64,000 nucleotides of DNA from a virus: IMG/VR virus record IMGVR_UViG_3300026097_000980, positions 1 to 64,000 of that record. One strand, given 5' to 3'. The position numbers were made by a program, and so were the translations under genes. Below the pieces are notes generated by a model. That model was not told where the DNA came from. It ran no database searches and saw only the letters and a list, made by a program, of their open reading frames with translations. Shown here piece after piece: positions 1 to 7,885 of this stretch. Within the stretch, counting starts at the first letter, position 1; every line of letters starts with the position of its first letter.

Positions 1-572
1 TTGCCAGCCAGTTTATTTTTTAATTCTTCCGCATTGCGAGCATTTCGCAAAATCTCTAAGGCACGCTGTTTGTCATTCCGAGCATCACGCATTAACTGCT
101 CAGCCGAATTCATAGCAAATGCTTCTATTTCATCATCTACGCTAAAGTAAGGCTGTGATTTATCTCTTGCGTATGCGGCTCCACGTTCAGACTTTCTGTC
201 ATAACCACGATCCTGCCTTGAACGCTCTTGATTTTTGTGTAGCAGTTCGTGGTGCAGTGTGTCCTGTATGCTTCTGATGAATTGTTTTCTGTTTTTGTTG
301 TTCCAGGTTATTTCTCGATCGGGACTGTCAAACAACAGTTCTAAGCCTATAATTCCTTCGTGGTCGTCTGCGGGCGGGTCATAAAATCCTGTGGTAATTG
401 CCATATCTGGACCCATATCATATATGGGTGAGTTTCTTATGATAACCTGAACATCCGGAAACTGATCTGCAACTATGTCTGCAACTTCTTCGTGACTTTG
501 TGTGCCAACTAACTTGCGACTGAGTGGTGCTACATTTACTTTTTGAGGTTGTGTGAGTTCTGCTATTCTCAT
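1..572 (-). CDS. Zincin-like (HExxH) metallopeptidase, 3'-partial; putative internal head protein
   Basis: Hand-translated, absent from ORF track: MRIAELTQ...TLHHELLHKNQ...DDEIEAFA; AAGG upstream of ATG; runs off window edge. Confidence 0.7.
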   Translation of the reverse strand, partial: MRIAELTQPQKVNVAPLSRKLVGTQSHEEVADIVADQFPDVQVIIRNSPIYDMGPDMAITTGFYDPPADDHEGIIGLELLFDSPDREITWNNKNRKQFIRSIQDTLHHELLHKNQERSRQDRGYDRKSERGAAYARDKSQPYFSVDDEIEAFAMNSAEQLMRDARNDKQRALEILRNARNAEELKNKLAG

Positions 573-592
573 CCTTTTAAATTCAAAGAATC

Positions 593-1666
593 TCACCGAC
601 TAATCCCCATAGCCGCATTTGAATAAGCCTGAACCTCTGCATTGCTCATATTGGGATATCTATTGGCAAAGGTTTTTCTTGCATTAGTATCACTGCCTAG
701 TCTTTTCTGCAGATCTTTCAGTTCTTTAACTTTTTTAGAATCTAGTTCGCCTTGCCATTTTACACCTTTGGCTTCTTGATTTTTTACTTTTTCAACTTCA
801 ACTTCCACCGCTCCTTCTGGGAACATATTTTCTATATCGCTTTTTAGTTGGTCAGCATCTCTTATACCGAAAACATCATAGTTCTTGGTAAGACTGCCTT
901 TGCCCGGGATTGTGATTTTGGTCTTGTAGTATTCGTATCCTGGCTTTTCTAGGCTTGATTTCTTTGCCTCTACAGGTGCTTTCTTCATTTGTATCTTGCC
1001 AAGATCCTGTTGTTGCCCCGCATCTTTTTGAACCATTGTTGAAGTCTGTTGATCCGGGAGGGGACTGGTGTTGGTGTCCATACCGAACGCTTTGGCTACA
1101 GGTGCCAATCCCATCATTACAGCAAGAGCACCAGCACCTACTCTTTGTGCTAGACTTGCTTCTTCCAGGGTGTTCAAATATTCAATGTATTCGTGTAAGT
1201 CTTCAAACTGATATTCTATACCTTCTTTCACGGCGTTCTGTTTGTATGTCTTGGCAAATATGTCAGCCTTGACCACTCCATAGTCATTAGGACCGTGCTT
1301 CACAATGTAGTCATTGCCCTTAGTATATTCCAGTTTAGCACCCCAAGATGTATTTACAACACCATCGTGATCCGCCAGTTTTGCCATCTTGACAATCTTC
1401 TTGGGTGTAGCGATGCCATTGCCTTGGTCGTCTTTTAGTTCGCGGAACTTTTCAGGTGGCATAGGATACTGTTCGCCCTTAGGACCAGTCATGATATAAT
1501 CGCCCTTTTTGTAGGACACGGGTCCTTCCAGTGTTTTCACAGTGCCGTCTTGGTCCGCTATTTCGTATTTTTCTTTGGCTGGTATTTTATATGTTTTGAA
1601 CCCGTCTTTGAACCAATCGTCTGTGATTTGGTTTGTGCTTTCCGTTAATATTTCACTTATTCTCAT
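593..1666 (-). CDS. Putative internal head protein: duplicated PGDYG-like domain plus C-terminal module paralogous to the adjacent gene
   Basis: MRISEILTE N-terminus; TLEG..SYKKGDYIMTGPKGEQYP and TSWG..EYTKGNDYIVKHGPNDYG repeats; GAGALAVMMGLAPVAKAF segment. Confidence 0.6.
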   Translation of the reverse strand: MRISEILTESTNQITDDWFKDGFKTYKIPAKEKYEIADQDGTVKTLEGPVSYKKGDYIMTGPKGEQYPMPPEKFRELKDDQGNGIATPKKIVKMAKLADHDGVVNTSWGAKLEYTKGNDYIVKHGPNDYGVVKADIFAKTYKQNAVKEGIEYQFEDLHEYIEYLNTLEEASLAQRVGAGALAVMMGLAPVAKAFGMDTNTSPLPDQQTSTMVQKDAGQQQDLGKIQMKKAPVEAKKSSLEKPGYEYYKTKITIPGKGSLTKNYDVFGIRDADQLKSDIENMFPEGAVEVEVEKVKNQEAKGVKWQGELDSKKVKELKDLQKRLGSDTNARKTFANRYPNMSNAEVQAYSNAAMGISR

Positions 1667-2094
1667 CTCATTATACGACCTTGTACATTTATGTGATAGC
1701 TTCCTATATTATACTTTTGTAATATTTTATCGTATTTTTGTTCTAGTTCTTTTGGACTTTTAGCGACATCAATACTATGATATTTTACCATAGATCCTTT
1801 GTTTGAAATTAATGTAACTTTATAAAACTTATCGCCAGGTTTTAATGAATTAGGATCAAACTTGCCACTTTTGTATTGATTTGCAGATACCTTTGACAAG
1901 TCTTGCTTACCAGCAACATCTTTCTGCACCATAGTAGATGTCTGCTTGTTAGGCAATGGATCAGTAGGAGTATCTCCGGCAAATGCTTTGCCCATAGGTG
2001 CCAATGCCATCATACCTGCTAAGGCACCTGCACCAATGTCCTTGGCACTGATCTCTTCTAGTTGCTCTTCTGTTAACATTTCACTTATTTTCAT
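1663..2094 (-). CDS. Putative internal head protein with signal-peptide-like segment
   Basis: MKISEMLTEE N-terminus; GAGALAGMMALAPMGKAFA; PLP..QTSTMVQKD shared with 593..1666. Confidence 0.6.
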   Translation of the reverse strand: MKISEMLTEEQLEEISAKDIGAGALAGMMALAPMGKAFAGDTPTDPLPNKQTSTMVQKDVAGKQDLSKVSANQYKSGKFDPNSLKPGDKFYKVTLISNKGSMVKYHSIDVAKSPKELEQKYDKILQKYNIGSYHINVQGRIMR

Positions 2095-3125
2095 TTCTTT
2101 TTCCTTTTCTTGGGAAACAGTTTTTTAACATTTTGATATTCGCCGCCCACAGGAACATCAGCGGTGGCATTCTGTTTGGTCACTATGCCAACGCCTGCGG
2201 CTTCTTCTTGAACAGTTTCTTTGAGAGTAATAACACCGCAGGCCAATCTATCTCCGGCATTGCCTGTTTTTAAACTTTCAGCATCCCCGCCTTGACCAAG
2301 ATCGTCAGGATCCGCATGCACAACAATGCCTCTGCCCACAACACTTTGCTCACCGGTTAAATCTACCCGTTCAGCAACAATCTTAACAGTAGCGGTGCCG
2401 CTATCGTCAGCAGTAATATTGCCAAGATCGCCCACATGTCCTTGGTCCAAGTCTCCATGATCCACTCCTTCGGGGTTGTAATGCGGCCCCATGCTTTCAC
2501 AGCCTTCACTCATATCGCCGAACTGATGTATGTGAAAACCGTGTTCGCCAGGCTCTAATCCTGTAATCCGTCCTGCTATAAATGTAGGACCACCCGCGGT
2601 CTGCTTGAACAGTATTGTGCCTAAAACAGTGTCCGAATGTTCTAGAACACAGTATGCTGTGACTGTGTCTTCTGCTTCGGTTATTTTATTAATGCTTTCG
2701 CATTGGCACTTGCTTGCTCTGGTTCTCGGACAGGCACTTTCTTCAAAGTTGCCTTGTATTCTTTCCTGTTCGATGTCATTATTTTTTGCGTATTCATCTA
2801 TGGCTTTTGCCAATGCAAAGTCAAGAATGGTAAGACTGTTAGTGTCGCTGGTGGTTGTTTTTACGGTGACTTCGGCAACGTCCTGAGTGACTTCTGCAAA
2901 GTGATCTAGATATTCGGAAACTCTGTTGATAAAATCCACGAACTCAACTGCTTGTCTGTGGTTCCGTGCAAAATACCGTGCTGTTAGTATTCTGTGATCC
3001 AGCATTTCCCAATCCGGCACAGTTTCGTCCTTCATGGTCATCAATGTTTCTTTGCTCATCACTGTTTCTTCGCTGGCACGACTGCGGAATTCACCTTCCG
3101 CTTCGAACAGTTGGCGAATCTTCAT
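2091..3125 (-). CDS. sodC: Cu/Zn superoxide dismutase fused to an N-terminal pterin-4a-carbinolamine dehydratase-like domain
   Basis: HGFHIH, GPHYNP, HVGDLGNI, VVHADPDDLG, GNAGDRLACGVI; N-terminal W..L...F..AVEF...SE..DH...LT.LD..LA..ID pattern. Confidence 0.9.
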   Translation of the reverse strand: MKIRQLFEAEGEFRSRASEETVMSKETLMTMKDETVPDWEMLDHRILTARYFARNHRQAVEFVDFINRVSEYLDHFAEVTQDVAEVTVKTTTSDTNSLTILDFALAKAIDEYAKNNDIEQERIQGNFEESACPRTRASKCQCESINKITEAEDTVTAYCVLEHSDTVLGTILFKQTAGGPTFIAGRITGLEPGEHGFHIHQFGDMSEGCESMGPHYNPEGVDHGDLDQGHVGDLGNITADDSGTATVKIVAERVDLTGEQSVVGRGIVVHADPDDLGQGGDAESLKTGNAGDRLACGVITLKETVQEEAAGVGIVTKQNATADVPVGGEYQNVKKLFPKKRKKK

Positions 3126-3559
3126 CAGTCTTCCTTGTCCCAGGTCAGACTCTTCTCGTCCGTTTCAATAGGACCGCCCTTTGCCCAAGTTCTGCAGGTT
3201 CTCGCGCTGTGGCACTTGAACTTGTGCATCCAGCAGTAGCCTAATACTCCGTCATCGTCGGAAGTTTCACCAGGCATACACTCTAGCATTCTTGGCGAGA
3301 TGTCAAACGCTGAACAGTTGCCACACAAACTGTTTTCAGCCGCTTCTAGAGTGGTGTCCCAAAACTCTGCAATCTCTTCCCAAAAGTCTCCAGGATAGTC
3401 GATGTTTAAAGGACCATACTGAATGTGATCCGCACGAATCGCTTCGTTGCGATTTTTAGTGTTCAGTTCTAGATCCTGTGTGGGCAGAGGACATGATTTG
3501 TCTTCCGCTTCGTCTATCTCCGTCATCCTCGCAATGAGATCTTGCAGTGTTGGTTCCAT
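3125..3559 (-). CDS. Cys-rich metal-binding phage protein (start revised to MEPTLQ)
   Basis: CGNC..F...GYCWMHKFKC...CRTW; AAGGA RBS before ATG 3559. Confidence 0.6.
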   Translation of the reverse strand: MEPTLQDLIARMTEIDEAEDKSCPLPTQDLELNTKNRNEAIRADHIQYGPLNIDYPGDFWEEIAEFWDTTLEAAENSLCGNCSAFDISPRMLECMPGETSDDDGVLGYCWMHKFKCHSARTCRTWAKGGPIETDEKSLTWDKED

Positions 3560-3567
3560 GTTATTCC

Positions 3568-6168
3568 TTACTTGTTCTTTTCGGCAGCACTCATCTTCAC
3601 ACAGTTGTCTACGGTTTTGCCACCTTTCTTTTTGGTGCCCATACGCTTGTAGCCTTTCCAGCATACTTTGCCATCAACACCTTTTTGCTTTGCTTCGTTG
3701 ATGCTTTCGTATTTTGCTTGAATCTCTTCTGGCAGGCTTACAAATCTAGGCTTGCCGCAGTCCGAACAACTCTCTGGTAGTCGATTTGGATTACGAGTAT
3801 TCGGACTTGCACGAAGACTGCCTGGTGCTCTAACACCCTTTTCTTTGGCCTTCTTGCGAGCCTTGGCTGTGTCTAACACACCAATACCAAGTCCTTTTTT
3901 GTCTGCACCCGGATCTAGATCTTTATTTTGCTGTTTTGTTTGATCGGCCTGCTTCTTCATCATGTCTGCGGCAGCACCACCTTTTACTGTGTAGCCTACA
4001 CGCTTTGAAAAGTTTCTGTCAAACTTGCTGTCTTCTTCTACGCTTTCGACTTGCATTGCCGCTTCTTTTTCTAACTTTGCTAATTCTGCTTGTAATCTTG
4101 GTACGTCTTTTATAGTAGGTGCTCCGGGTTTCCATCCCGAGCCAGGCTTTCCAGAATTTTGTTGTGCTACCTTTAATAATTTTTTAAGACCGTCTATTTT
4201 TTTATCTCTGGTTGAAACATTGACACCCATAAATGTTGGAGCATTTGGTTTACCGGTTGTTACGTCTGTGCCAGTATCTCTTTTTACAAACTTACCTAAC
4301 ATACCATCTTTGTCAAAGACGCCTTCGTTTGTTCCTACCTTGCTCATGGCAAACTTAGCCATTTTCATAAAGCCGGCTTTTGTGCTTAGTGCATCCTTCA
4401 TTTTGCTCTTGTTATCATCATTCACAGCATCATATACCTGCATGATTGCTGATGCTGTAAACATATCAACTTTGCCTTTGCCGTCTTGGAAGTTTACTGC
4501 TTGCGCAGACTTATCATCAACAATGCGCTGTAGTGCGCTCAACACATTTCCGCCGTGGCGTGATGCTGATGCTCCGGGTGCATTAACTGCTTCAGATTGT
4601 TCTTGCTCTCTTTCTTTTTTGTATCTATCTAAAATAGCTTGGTACTCTTTTTCTCTATCATCTAGGCTGTATCCTGCAATTTTTTCAAATCTCTTTGCAA
4701 TTTTTTCTCTAGGATGCATTTTCTTTTTTGCACCTTCAGTTTCGATATCTTCTTCTATGTCGACATCTATCCCTGCACGTTGCAGTGCTTTAGCAAGCTT
4801 TTTGATATTTTCATCATTTTTATCAATCGCTGCCTGTGTTTTATGACCGACAATGGCTCCGCCTATTTTTCCAAGAACGGAATCGCCCGCTGCCGCGCCT
4901 GCTAATGCTCCGCCGATGCCTTCTTCAAATTCGTCACCATTGTCATCATCGACAGTATCATGTCCTGTGCGTACTGGCCCATGCTTTTTATACAGTTCCA
5001 TTGCCATGTTCAAATACGCATTAATTTGATCCAACGGCATTGCTACCTTATCGGCAAGTTTGCCCATGTTTTCTGCTCCGTCGACAGTTCCGTACTTGGT
5101 AAGTTCACTGCCCAGTGTTGATAAGTCTCCGCTATCTTCCGGATCGGCTTTTTTTGCCGCCTGCATAAGAATTCTACCCAACTCTGCTACAAGGTTGTCA
5201 GAGCTTTCTGTAATATGTTCGATTTTCATATTCGTTCCTTTATGTTTTTCGTATCCGCGATCTGATTCTTTTTTACGGTCTTTGTAAGTTTTAGGCTTAT
5301 TAAACTTTTCCATGTTTTTAGCAACAGGATTAGTTTTATTTTTATTTTGATTTTCTTTCAATCCGGAGAGCGCCAGTCTAATATCTTCTTTGGTAATTCT
5401 AAATTTCTTACCGTCTGAATCAACTATACTGCGACCTGTTATTTGCTTGAGTAGTTTACTTAAATTTTCTATATTGTTTTCGGTTTCAATGTAATCCATC
5501 ACAGCATCTTTTATGTATTCGATCAAACTCGATCTCGAAACTATTAAGTCTGATTCGGTAACTTTTTCTGGTTCCTCTTCTGTGATACCCATTCCTTTTC
5601 TCACAGCGTTGAAAAGTTCCTCTGCATGCTCTCCAGCTCCAGTGTGCTCTGCAAATTTTTCAAGATCGTTATTTTCCGCATCGGCTCTTGCTTTGGTTGC
5701 ACTGATACCAGCAAGTCCCTGGGCATCATCTTCTCTTGCACCCGAGCTTTCAAAATCAAAAGTTTCAAAATCGTAAAAACCGTGCGGTTTTCCTTCTACT
5801 CCGTTAAACTGTTTCAGTTGTTCATACATTTTTTTACGTTCGTCGCCTCCTACAAAAGTAGCATGACGATATCCTAAGTCGTAAAGATAAGAAGCAACCT
5901 GCCACGGAGTTCTAAGATTTGAATTGTGAACTACTTTATCCGCATGTTCTGAATGTATTTTTCTAATAAAATCTATTTTGGTATCATAATCTAAAGGGTT
6001 TTTCTTTGGGTCTTGCGAATGCGAAAGAAAAATTAAGTAGTCGCCGCCTACGCTCTTCATAGTATCGAATACCTGCTTGTGACCTATCGTGGGAGGATTC
6101 ATTCTACCGAAGCAGAATGTTATATGATTATCTTTGATATCTTCGCTTATCAAATTTCTAAGGTTCAT
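3568..6168 (-). CDS. Cytidylyltransferase-like (HIGH superfamily) domain fused to many small modules; likely polyprotein
   Basis: FGRMNPPTIGH, SHSQDPKKNPL, ISATKAR; later glycine zipper GIGGALAGAAAG, CSDC and C-terminal CWKGY..NCVK. Confidence 0.75.
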   Translation of the reverse strand: MNLRNLISEDIKDNHITFCFGRMNPPTIGHKQVFDTMKSVGGDYLIFLSHSQDPKKNPLDYDTKIDFIRKIHSEHADKVVHNSNLRTPWQVASYLYDLGYRHATFVGGDERKKMYEQLKQFNGVEGKPHGFYDFETFDFESSGAREDDAQGLAGISATKARADAENNDLEKFAEHTGAGEHAEELFNAVRKGMGITEEEPEKVTESDLIVSRSSLIEYIKDAVMDYIETENNIENLSKLLKQITGRSIVDSDGKKFRITKEDIRLALSGLKENQNKNKTNPVAKNMEKFNKPKTYKDRKKESDRGYEKHKGTNMKIEHITESSDNLVAELGRILMQAAKKADPEDSGDLSTLGSELTKYGTVDGAENMGKLADKVAMPLDQINAYLNMAMELYKKHGPVRTGHDTVDDDNGDEFEEGIGGALAGAAAGDSVLGKIGGAIVGHKTQAAIDKNDENIKKLAKALQRAGIDVDIEEDIETEGAKKKMHPREKIAKRFEKIAGYSLDDREKEYQAILDRYKKEREQEQSEAVNAPGASASRHGGNVLSALQRIVDDKSAQAVNFQDGKGKVDMFTASAIMQVYDAVNDDNKSKMKDALSTKAGFMKMAKFAMSKVGTNEGVFDKDGMLGKFVKRDTGTDVTTGKPNAPTFMGVNVSTRDKKIDGLKKLLKVAQQNSGKPGSGWKPGAPTIKDVPRLQAELAKLEKEAAMQVESVEEDSKFDRNFSKRVGYTVKGGAAADMMKKQADQTKQQNKDLDPGADKKGLGIGVLDTAKARKKAKEKGVRAPGSLRASPNTRNPNRLPESCSDCGKPRFVSLPEEIQAKYESINEAKQKGVDGKVCWKGYKRMGTKKKGGKTVDNCVKMSAAEKNK

Positions 6169-6500
6169 TCGTAGGCACCACTTTTAATAATTTTTTCTTG
6201 GGTATCTGCAATCATTTTAGCAAACTCGATTAGTTTTCCTTTCGGAAAAATTTCAGCTGGATTTTCTATTTCAAATTGTTCACAATACCTTTCGACACAT
6301 CTGTTTATAGGTTTGATATAAAGTTTATAAATTTTAGGGTTACCTATATTTTGTTTGTGTTTAAGTATAGCAGGAAATAAAACTTTAGATAGTATTTCGT
6401 TATCGTTATCTATATAGAATTTTAAATCGTCGATGTAATCAACTTCGTCGTGATTTGTACCTGGATTGCCTATTGGAGACCACATTTCTTTTAATAACAT
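6165..6500 (-). CDS. Hypothetical phage protein (start revised to MLLKEMW)
   Basis: ATG immediately after upstream stop; ATGA overlap with next gene. Confidence 0.6.
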   Translation of the reverse strand: MLLKEMWSPIGNPGTNHDEVDYIDDLKFYIDNDNEILSKVLFPAILKHKQNIGNPKIYKLYIKPINRCVERYCEQFEIENPAEIFPKGKLIEFAKMIADTQEKIIKSGAYE

Positions 6501-6501
6501 A

Positions 6502-6876
6502 TTACCATTTCCTACACGACCAGTAACGAGCCTTATGGCGAGGTCCCGGGTTATCACAATTATGCCTAGCACGGAATGAACGTCTACGTGCTGGATTACT
6601 CTTTTTAATTTTCATGTCTGGGTCACCAAAGTTTACTTTTACAACATTGCCTTTGGGATTTTTTACATAGACCTTAAACTTTTTAACATCGCCACGCATT
6701 GGCTTGCCCAGTTTAACTTTACGGCCTTGATATTCTGCTTCGTCTAATTCTTCGTCTTCGTTAAACCACAATTCGCCATAGGCTTCGTAGAATTCATCAC
6801 CGTCGTAGGTTTCTTCTAACCACCGTTCAGTAATGGTGTTTTCGATTAGATACAATTTTTCCAATAGGTCCCGCAT
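6502..6876 (-). CDS. Phage protein with acidic N-terminus and basic C-terminal domain
   Basis: KVNFGDP..RRRSFRARHNC..ARYWSCRKW; TAAATA and AGGA upstream. Confidence 0.65.
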   Translation of the reverse strand: MRDLLEKLYLIENTITERWLEETYDGDEFYEAYGELWFNEDEELDEAEYQGRKVKLGKPMRGDVKKFKVYVKNPKGNVVKVNFGDPDMKIKKSNPARRRSFRARHNCDNPGPRHKARYWSCRKW

Positions 6877-6897
6877 TACTTGTTCCTAAGTTTAAAG

Positions 6898-6903
6898 TAT
6901 TTA
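6898..6903 (-). promoter_or_regulatory. Late-promoter-like TAAATA heading the internal-protein gene run
   Basis: Matches core of T4 late promoter TATAAATA; recurrent upstream of genes in this window. Confidence 0.6.
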
Positions 6904-6910
6904 GTATTTT

Positions 6911-7243
6911 TTAGAAGGTATAGCGAATTGTTGTAATACTACCGGATTGTAGATTATATGCGAGTCTAAGATATGTAAAATGCCCTGTGAAGTTTAATGA
7001 TCCTGTGCTCTCTGTTAGATCAATATCTTGAATATCAAACCAATCATCATCGCCTGGATATAAAAGTAAAGTTCCTTGGATTTTGATAAGTCCTTCGGCG
7101 TTATCGAGATTAAAAACACAGGTGTGTAACGGATTATCTTTTTTGTAGTACCCGGCTCCTGCAGATTTTTCTGTAAAGGATAACGCACTATCGATAGACA
7201 GTGAGGTAATATTTTCTGCAAGATAGTAATTTTTGTTGGGCAT
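6911..7243 (-). CDS. Hypothetical beta-rich protein (possibly structural)
   Basis: ORF; TAAATA (7248-7253) 4 nt before ATG. Confidence 0.55.
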   Translation of the reverse strand: MPNKNYYLAENITSLSIDSALSFTEKSAGAGYYKKDNPLHTCVFNLDNAEGLIKIQGTLLLYPGDDDWFDIQDIDLTESTGSLNFTGHFTYLRLAYNLQSGSITTIRYTF

Positions 7244-7246
7244 ACT

Positions 7247-7885
7247 CTATTTATCGTCTAAAATATATTCGTATACCCTTCCTAAAACAGGTGAGTTTTT
7301 CATTTTTAACATTAACAGAGTATTCTTGTCTTCTACATATATGTATCTAGGATCCCAATTAAAATTATTATGTACAAACCAATTTTCTACTGAATTAGAT
7401 ATTTTGATTCTAGGTTTTTGTAAATTTAAAAAATTCAAATAACCGTATTTTGCCTCTTTGTTGTCTTTTAACACATGAGGTTTCAAGAAAGCTTTAAAAG
7501 TATAGCGATCGTGAGGCAATTTATTTGTTAAGATAGGAATAAACCCATGCTCGCTTTGAATATCTTTTCCTGTTGGTATACTGGTATATGTGATTAATTC
7601 TTCAAATTTTTCCGTCAGTGTATTATACATAGTGACATCGTTTGTGTAGATATCGATATAATTGTGTTCTACCCTCATTTGATAATTTTCTTTTTGGAAA
7701 TTATCTAGTTCCGCTAAAAACTTTCTAATAGTCGGCATATCAGCTCGGCTATAAAAGTAAGGACTGAAATCATCACTCCTCAGTGACTCTTTGAAAACCC
7801 TAATATAACCTGCACCTATAACATAAAGATTTATTTTATAATCCCATTTGTTATAAAATTTCTTTTTGGTATACTTAACCTGCAT
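7247..7885 (-). CDS. Hypothetical protein
   Basis: 212-aa ORF overlapping clpA 3' end. Confidence 0.6.
   Translation of the reverse strand: MQVKYTKKKFYNKWDYKINLYVIGAGYIRVFKESLRSDDFSPYFYSRADMPTIRKFLAELDNFQKENYQMRVEHNYIDIYTNDVTMYNTLTEKFEELITYTSIPTGKDIQSEHGFIPILTNKLPHDRYTFKAFLKPHVLKDNKEAKYGYLNFLNLQKPRIKISNSVENWFVHNNFNWDPRYIYVEDKNTLLMLKMKNSPVLGRVYEYILDDK

Noticed and set aside
4025-4846. 273-aa + strand ORF and the many other antisense ORFs (e.g. 23348-25214, 31538-31975)
   Set aside because: Shadow frames of well-supported minus-strand genes; Ser/Pro/Val-rich, no RBS or motifs
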